DNA from: Candidatus Bathyarchaeia archaeon
GTDB taxonomy: Bacteria; Hydrogenedentota; Hydrogenedentia; Hydrogenedentales; SLHB01
DNA length: 64,000 bases
Direction: 5' to 3'
Assembly: GCA_035530195.1 (NCBI GenBank)
Contig: DATKVG010000043.1
Location: 1,375-65,374 of the forward strand
In this document: in pieces, positions 62,651 through 64,000 of the stretch
Layout of the letters: every line of letters starts with the position of its first letter
Numbering within the stretch: the stretch's first letter is position 1
Made by a program: the position numbers and the translations under genes
The notes under the pieces: generated by a model
The model's input: only the letters and a program-made list of their open reading frames with translations
Told to the model about the DNA's origin: nothing
The model's database searches: none

Positions 62651-63931
62651 CTACGCCGGCAGCATGTTTTGCACGTATTCCCAAAGACCACGTATGGCAT
62701 AATACGACATGACCAACGAAAAACCGATGGCGGAGAAACACGCCGCGTTCATGGCAGGGCCGCTCCTGTGCTCTTTCATGTATTCTTTTTGATTCAGAAG
62801 TACCGTGATGGCAATGGTGGAGAACGGAAGAATGACAGCCAGCAGCGCCATGGTAAGGATCATGAGGAAAACGGGCTTGGCAATCGAGGGCGGGAAATAG
62901 GGAGCGCCGACCGCGATCACGATGGCGACGACGACCAGGATCCGGCTGGAAGTGGACTTGGGATCGATGGGACGGTTGGTATAGTCCGCGATCAGCCATG
63001 GCCCGATGAGGATGGTCGGGATGAGACTCGAGACACCCGCGCCGATAATGCCCGCCACAAAGAGCGTGATCGCGAATCGCCCCGCCAAGGGCTCGAGGGT
63101 CTTCACCATGTCTACCGCGGCTTCGATGGGCCGGCCGGCCACAAAGAGCGTGCCCGCCGCGCATATCATCACGGCGATGCTCAGCACGAACATGGCCGTC
63201 ACGGATACAAGGGTGTCGACATGGGTGCGTCTCCGGTCCGCTATACTCCACCCTTTGTGTTTCAGCGTGATGCTGCGGCAGTAAAGAATCGCCGAACTGA
63301 AGGTAGTGCCTGCCATCCCCGCCACCAAGAGCGCCGCATCGGGTTCCCGGGGAACCTGCGGAACCAGTCCGGCCAGAATAGCGCGCCACGAGGGTACCAG
63401 CACTACGGCCGTGGCAAGGAACGAAAAACCCATCAATGCGACCAATAGGCTCAGAAGCGTTTCCAGGAAGGCGTAGCTCCCCCGCCAGAGAACGCCAAAA
63501 AGCATCCCCGACAACACAAGCGTCACGGCCAGTTTGATGGCGCCGTTGTACAGTCCGGTCGCAAACCGTATCCATTCCAAGATCAGGTCCACGATGATGG
63601 CCATCAGCCCCGTGATGCCCGCAAATTCAGCGAGTATGACGGCAACCAGCAGGAACAAACCGATGGCAGGGCCCCAAGGAAAGCGGCGCCGGATCGCATA
63701 GAGGATGGTGTCTCCCGTCACCAGCGTGTAGCGGCTGAATGCCAGCAAGCCGATGTAGGTGAAGACACACGAGAGAAGCACCGTCCAGGTCAGCGACATG
63801 CCCCAACGGGAACCCGCCGAAGCCATCGTGGTTACGCTGCCCGTACCAATGTTGTAGCCAATCAGAAAGAGCCCAGGGCCCAGGAAGGCCAGAAGCCGTC
63901 CGAAGGGATTCCCTCTTCTATCTGCTGTCAT
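62651..63931 (-). CDS. mntH: NRAMP-family divalent metal (Mn2+/Fe2+) transporter
   Basis: LGPGLFLIGYNIGTGSVTTMASAGSRWGMSL is the NRAMP TM1 DPGN-like region (here YNIGTGS). Multiple TM helices. The ATG at 63931 is preceded by GGGAGAG; the ORF-track TTG at 63976 is less likely. Confidence 0.75.
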   Translation of the reverse strand: MTADRRGNPFGRLLAFLGPGLFLIGYNIGTGSVTTMASAGSRWGMSLTWTVLLSCVFTYIGLLAFSRYTLVTGDTILYAIRRRFPWGPAIGLFLLVAVILAEFAGITGLMAIIVDLILEWIRFATGLYNGAIKLAVTLVLSGMLFGVLWRGSYAFLETLLSLLVALMGFSFLATAVVLVPSWRAILAGLVPQVPREPDAALLVAGMAGTTFSSAILYCRSITLKHKGWSIADRRRTHVDTLVSVTAMFVLSIAVMICAAGTLFVAGRPIEAAVDMVKTLEPLAGRFAITLFVAGIIGAGVSSLIPTILIGPWLIADYTNRPIDPKSTSSRILVVVAIVIAVGAPYFPPSIAKPVFLMILTMALLAVILPFSTIAITVLLNQKEYMKEHRSGPAMNAACFSAIGFSLVMSYYAIRGLWEYVQNMLPA

Positions 63932-64000
63932 ACCGTACTCTCCCAAAGGTGATTGCGCGTCCTCGCGGAACCGCAATAAGCAATCGAATGGTACGCCATT

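Overview
GC-rich bacterial chromosomal window, densely coded on both strands: about 38 protein genes and one tRNA-Glu(UUC). I found no rRNA, CRISPR array, transposase or integrase. The gene content points to a PVC-type organism (Planctomycetota/Verrucomicrobiota-like): a DUF1549/DUF1553 + DUF1501 + PPC-domain triad, PSCyt-like CxxCH motifs, an FGE/SUMF1-domain giant, many secreted glycoside-hydrolase-like proteins and Tat/Sec signals.

Blocks in order:
- 1-4.9 kb: arsenic cluster (arsM, acr3) preceded by two thioredoxin-domain proteins and a CcdA thiol-electron transporter.
- 4.9-13.7 kb: DUF1549/1553-DUF1501-PPC triad and a beta-propeller/methyltransferase-like giant.
- 13.9-22.9 kb: minus-strand hydrolase-hydrolase-GPH transporter operon, divergent from a 1184-aa GH13-like protein.
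- 23.1-23.9 kb: AT-richer HEPN/MNT toxin-antitoxin cassette.
- 23.9-32.6 kb: operon of an HgdB-like protein, a 1121-aa signal-bearing ankyrin-repeat protein and a double BcrA/HgdC-type activase fusion. I rate this the most unusual item in the window.
- 33.7-37.3 kb: VOC-DhaK-DhaL-class I aldolase-Tat-cupin isomerase cluster.
- 37.4-43 kb: FGE-domain giant, then an acyl-CoA dehydrogenase + APH-like kinase pair.
- 43-47.6 kb: PspC, DegT aminotransferase, and an ECF sigma fused to a membrane anchor and a large extracytoplasmic domain.
- 47.8-62.5 kb: heparinase II/III-like gene, tRNA-Glu, and four paralogous GH-like genes plus one more.
- 62.7-63.9 kb: NRAMP transporter.

Several short intergenic repeat families stand out: 9-bp-period TGTCCA arrays, 9-bp GATC-containing arrays, long inverted repeats and 16-bp tandem repeats.

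All functional calls come from motif recognition by eye. No database search was run.
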